A DNA stretch of 64,000 nt. It comes from Chloroflexota bacterium. GTDB taxonomy: Bacteria > Chloroflexota > Limnocylindria > Limnocylindrales > CSP1-4. This document shows, piece by piece, positions 57,504 to 64,000 of the stretch (positions are counted from its first letter, which is position 1; every line of letters starts with the position of its first letter). The position numbers and the translations under genes were made by a program. The notes below the pieces were generated by a model. The model did no database searches and had not been told where the DNA came from. It was given only the letters and a program-made list of their open reading frames with translations. The stretch covers positions 12,192-76,191 of the forward strand of contig JACQEG010000044.1 of the NCBI GenBank assembly GCA_016200665.1. The letters are read 5' to 3'.

Positions 57504-57857
57504 ATGCAGACAACCCAGCGAGCGGCGCCTCCGCCGCAGCTCTCGCGCACGGCGATGCACGTGCTCCTCGCCATTGGGCCGGAGGAGCGCCACGGCTACG
57601 CGATCATGGGCGAGGTCGCCCGAATCACCGGCGGCGCGGTCCGCCTCGGACCCGGCGCGATCTACACGACGATCCGGCGCCTGCTCGATGACGGCCTCAT
57701 CGAGGAGAGCGATGAGCGACCCGATCCGGAGCTGGACGACCAGCGGCGACGGTACTACCGCCTCACCGGCGTGGGTCGCTCGGTCGCCGCGGCCGAGGTC
57801 CGACGGCTCGAATCGATCGTCGCGGCGGCGCGGCCCTGGGCCCTGGAAGCGACCTGA
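57504..57857 (+). CDS. PadR family transcriptional regulator
   Basis: It has the winged HTH sequence HGYAIMGEVARITGGAVRLGPGAIYTTIRRLLDDGLIE. Confidence 0.8.
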   Translation: MQTTQRAAPPPQLSRTAMHVLLAIGPEERHGYAIMGEVARITGGAVRLGPGAIYTTIRRLLDDGLIEESDERPDPELDDQRRRYYRLTGVGRSVAAAEVRRLESIVAAARPWALEAT

Positions 57858-57859
57858 CG

Positions 57860-58681
57860 ATGGCCCCGCACCGCACGTCCCTGCGGTTGTACCGGGCCCT
57901 GCTGCGGCTGTATCCGGCGAGCTTCCGGGACCGCTTCGGCGACGAGATGGTCCAGCTCCTCGGCGACCAGCTCCGGGACGCGCGCGGCGACGGCGTCGGC
58001 GGGACCTGGGCGGCGGCCATTCGGGATCTCGTCGTGACCGCGGCATCGGAGCGCCTCCGCGGCGACCGACCGATCGCCCGCTCCGTCGTGGCCCCGTCGC
58101 GCGTCAACCGCCTCCTCGGGTTGACCGGGATCGCGGGCGGCTTCCTGCTCGCAGCCGCGCTGATCCCCGGCATCCCGTGGTCGCCGGTCATCTTCAACCT
58201 CCGCCTGGTTCTCTTCGAGCTCGGCGCGATCGCGGTGATCCTCGCCATCCACCGGCTCCAGCCGGTCCGGTGGCGCCGGCCATCGCTGCTCGTGAGCGTT
58301 CCGGCGATCGGCGCGAACGCCTGGCATCTCGTGATGTCGGTCCTGTTCGTGAACCGACCGCAGCCGCCCGAGCCGGATCCGGCATTCCGGCCGTGGTATG
58401 CCCTAGCCGCCACGGCCCTGTGGCTCACGACCGCGGCCTTCGGGCTCGTCGCACTGCGGCTTGGGGTCGTGTCGCGCCGGTCAGCCCTCGTCCTCACGAC
58501 GGGCGCCGCGCTCGCGATCACCGGGGTCGGCGGCCTCGGGTTCACGACCGGGCCGAACGCCGAGCTCATCTCGAACCTGACAGTGGTCGGGGTCGTCATG
58601 GTCGGTCTCGGCTGGATGCTGCTCGGGATCGAGGTCGCCTTCAGGCGCCGTCCGGTCGCTCCCGCGGCCGGGGCCTCGTGA
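57860..58681 (+). CDS. PadR-associated membrane protein
   Basis: It begins 2 nt after the padR stop. There are 6 TM helices. Confidence 0.6.
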   Translation: MAPHRTSLRLYRALLRLYPASFRDRFGDEMVQLLGDQLRDARGDGVGGTWAAAIRDLVVTAASERLRGDRPIARSVVAPSRVNRLLGLTGIAGGFLLAAALIPGIPWSPVIFNLRLVLFELGAIAVILAIHRLQPVRWRRPSLLVSVPAIGANAWHLVMSVLFVNRPQPPEPDPAFRPWYALAATALWLTTAAFGLVALRLGVVSRRSALVLTTGAALAITGVGGLGFTTGPNAELISNLTVVGVVMVGLGWMLLGIEVAFRRRPVAPAAGAS

Positions 58682-58762
58682 CATTCGGCCCCTCCACGGC
58701 CGGCCGGAAAGGCCATCCGGACGGTGCGCCGTTCGCGCGAGGGCGTACGATGCCTGTGATTT

Positions 58763-58992
58763 CCCCAGTCGAACTGCGCGGGAGAGATCGCCGGGCACGC
58801 TGACAGCAGCGAGGCGCCGGCGGCGCCGACGGAGCAACGGTCCGGAACCTCTCAGGCACCAGGTACCGCGCAGGGATGGGGACGCTGGAGAGCGCGTGAA
58901 CGGGAGCGATCCCGGCCACGCGCGCCGACGGAGGAACTCGCGAGCGCCCGGAGCGCCGCGGGGACGCTCTCAGGCACCAGGACAGCGGGGCA
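58763..58992 (+). ncRNA. Tandem glycine riboswitch with two aptamers, upstream of gcvP
   Basis: Aptamer 1 carries GGGAGAG...CCGACGGAGCAA...CUCUCAGGCACCAGG. Aptamer 2 carries CUGGAGAGCG...CCGACGGAGGAA...CUCUCAGGCACCAGGACAG. The GAGGAG RBS follows directly. Confidence 0.8.
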
Positions 58993-59006
58993 CCGAGGAG
59001 GTGCTG

Positions 59007-61997
<2,991 letters not shown>

Positions 61998-63068
61998 ACG
62001 AACCCGAACGAGCCCCCGATGAGCCACGTCCCCGGTGGCAGAGCCGCGAGGGCGAAGCGATTCTGCGACGCAAAGGATGGGTCGCGATTGGCGAGGGGCG
62101 GTACGAGGTCGCCCTCAGGGTGGAAGCCCTGGGCTCCCGGACCGGTCGGGACGGGTCCATAGAGAACTGTCCACTCAATGGCGCAGACGTCGCCCACGAC
62201 CTGAATCCGCAGTTCGCTGCCGGAGGCGACATCGATTGTCGGACCCGCAAGCCAGAGCCCGTCGCCAAACGGTTTGCCGTCCCACGTTACTCCGTAGGGA
62301 ATCGCCCGATGCGGGGTGCTGTCGGGGCCTTCGAGCACGAAGTCCGGGGGAGCGTCAAGGCGCTCGGTCTGGCAAGGGGTGGCTGGAGTGATCGGCGAGG
62401 CCAGCGGTGATGGCTCCGGCAGGCCGACCCGTACCCGGAAATACCAAGCCTGAGGCGCAGCACCCCCGACGACCGCGTCTACTCGCACGATCCAGTCGCC
62501 CCTGGCGGGCACCGTGATCAATCCCGTTGTGGCGAACGTGGAGTCCTCTCGGCCGCCGAGCGCCACGGGCGCGAACCCCGAAGGAACCGCGTCGGCGTAG
62601 TACGGCAGGGCGTTGGCGTGCCACGACCCGAGGCAGCTACTGCCATCGCTCAAGCCGATCGACATGGAGCCACCTGGCGCGACCGAGATCGCATCCTCGA
62701 TGCCAATTCCAGGATCGAGCCATGGCGTGGGTGACGCCTGTCCGGGCTTATCGCCAACGCCCAAGCGCTGCCCCGTGACAGTCGATGGGTCGACCAGCAC
62801 AAGAGCGACTGTCGGCCCGGCGCCCCCGATGCAACCGCGAGAAGAGCCAATCGGGGTCGTCGGGGAGGGCAGTGGGCCGCCGCCATTGAGGAGGAGCAGT
62901 CCTCCGATCGACAGCATGACCAACGAGAAACCTGCGGCAAACCACCGAGCACCAACTCCGAATGTCGATTGCCTCTGTGGCAGGCCCGCGGCGAGGTCGG
63001 ATAGTGACGGAGGGACGGTCGAGGGCGCTGCGTCGTTCAACCAGGCGCGAACGGTTCGCTCGACTCGA

Positions 63069-63608
63069 TCACCGCTCATGATCGTCCTCCCGGCGCTCGG
63101 CGCTTTCGATCGCGCCCCGCAGTCCAGCCATCGCCGCGTGCAATCTCGATTTGACTGTGCCCTCAGGAATGCCGAGGCGCCTCGCGATCTCGGCGACGGG
63201 GAGATCCGCCCACCATCGGAGGACGACGACGGCTCGCTGGTCGAAGGGCATCTCGGCGAAGGCGCGTTCGAGCTGGTCCCGAGTCACTGCCATTGACTCA
63301 GGCCCGGTCAGACTCGGTGCGACTGTGAACTCGCCGAGGGGCGTGAAGCGTACCCGCCGGCCACGCCGCAGGCGGTCGCGGCAGACGTTCAGAACGATCG
63401 TGTCGAACCACGCTCCGAACTGCAGAGCGTCCCGGAGACCGTGTCGCCGTTGCCAAGCTCGAATGACGGCGTCGTGGACCGCATCTTCCGCGTCCGCCTG
63501 CCCTCTGAGGATCAGCGTCGCGAGCCGATAGCTCGTCGCCAGCCGGGCGGTGAGCAGCTCGGAGAACGGGCGATCATCCGCCATCGTCGGCGATCGACTG
63601 TCGACCAT
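63069..63608 (-). CDS. ECF (sigma-70 family) RNA polymerase sigma factor
   Basis: Region 2 reads DAEDAVHDAVIRAWQ. Region 4 reads LPVAEIARRLGIPEGTVKSRLH. Confidence 0.8.
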   Translation of the reverse strand: MVDSRSPTMADDRPFSELLTARLATSYRLATLILRGQADAEDAVHDAVIRAWQRRHGLRDALQFGAWFDTIVLNVCRDRLRRGRRVRFTPLGEFTVAPSLTGPESMAVTRDQLERAFAEMPFDQRAVVVLRWWADLPVAEIARRLGIPEGTVKSRLHAAMAGLRGAIESAERREDDHER

Positions 63609-63763
63609 GGCTGCCAGTCCTATCTCGGGGTTCGCCGTCACACCACTGAGACGAGCGAACGAGGCTGAAGGTTCGATATTCGTCTGGCCCCGCCGAACTC
63701 CGGACCATGCGTAGGCTCAGGGGCGCGAGCCGAGCCTACCTGAGAGCCTTGCGCCGCGATTCG

Positions 63764-64000
63764 CTAGGGAGAAACCGGAACGCTCTGCGGCGTCAGATGC
63801 AGCTGGCTCGAGATAGCTCCGCCAGGCGAGAGGTATCTCCGCGAGCCGTCGGCTGCGGTTCCCCGGAAGGCGGGGTAGAAGGGCGACATCGTCTCCGCGG
63901 ACCAGCCCCAAACGAAACTCACACTCTGTGCGCCGAATCCCCGTGCCGCGAACTCCGCCCGCGCGGCCGCGACTTCAGGCAGGTGGAACCCCGGTTCGGT
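63764..64000 (-). CDS. Hypothetical protein, C-terminal fragment (5' end beyond the window)
   Basis: The minus-strand frame is open from the window edge to a TAG at 63764-63766 (...GFHLPEVAAARAEFAARGFGAQSVSFVWGW...). GC3 bias is moderate. Confidence 0.35.
   Translation of the reverse strand, partial: TEPGFHLPEVAAARAEFAARGFGAQSVSFVWGWSAETMSPFYPAFRGTAADGSRRYLSPGGAISSQLHLTPQSVPVSP

Noticed and set aside
63717-63911. 64-aa minus ORF near the window end
   Set aside because: It is Arg/Leu-rich with poor coding bias. It overlaps the more plausible partial CDS at 63764-64000 in another frame.

Overview
This is a 64-kb stretch of a very high-GC (about 70%) chromosome that looks actinobacterial. It is densely coding and carries abundant shadow ORFs, which I have rejected. 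By eye I call about 65 genes. There is one cluster of genes on metals, metalloids and sulfur. It holds a CopB-type Cu P-type ATPase with a disrupted YHS-domain gene upstream, a CDF exporter, an ACR3/ArsR/YraQ-permease/thioredoxin-like cluster with a distant LMW-PTP ArsC, rhodanese, a YchN/DsrE-like protein, a DUF2892 protein, an SQR-like FAD oxidoreductase, an A-type Fe-S carrier and an Amt transporter. Other functions are an Opu-type osmoprotectant ABC operon, gcvP preceded by a tandem glycine riboswitch, thiolase plus 3-hydroxyacyl-CoA dehydrogenase, LigB DNA ligase, an AlaX editing protein, and an orphan DPPY methyltransferase. Regulators are a LAL-type LuxR, MerR, two Crp/Fnr, PadR, ArsR and an ECF sigma with an anti-sigma-like protein. 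There is one tRNA, predicted anticodon UAU, which is unusual. I found no CRISPR array, transposase or integrase.

The most system-like novelty is a four-gene translationally coupled module at 43462-44924 of zf-UBP zinc finger, CxxC membrane protein, thioredoxin-fold protein and unknown. It sits divergent from a membrane-protein/YjeF_N/Crp operon, and a perfect TGTGA-N6-TCACA site lies between them. Other notable non-coding signals are an operator-like inverted-repeat array with a strong hairpin and a 31-aa micro-ORF near 8.1-8.7 kb, a 14-bp tandem repeat array fused to a gene start, a MerR-type 19-bp-spacer leaderless promoter, a near-consensus sigma70 promoter with an embedded palindrome ahead of padR, and structured repeats near 29.3 kb.

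All functional calls are from motif recognition by eye. None were confirmed by database search.
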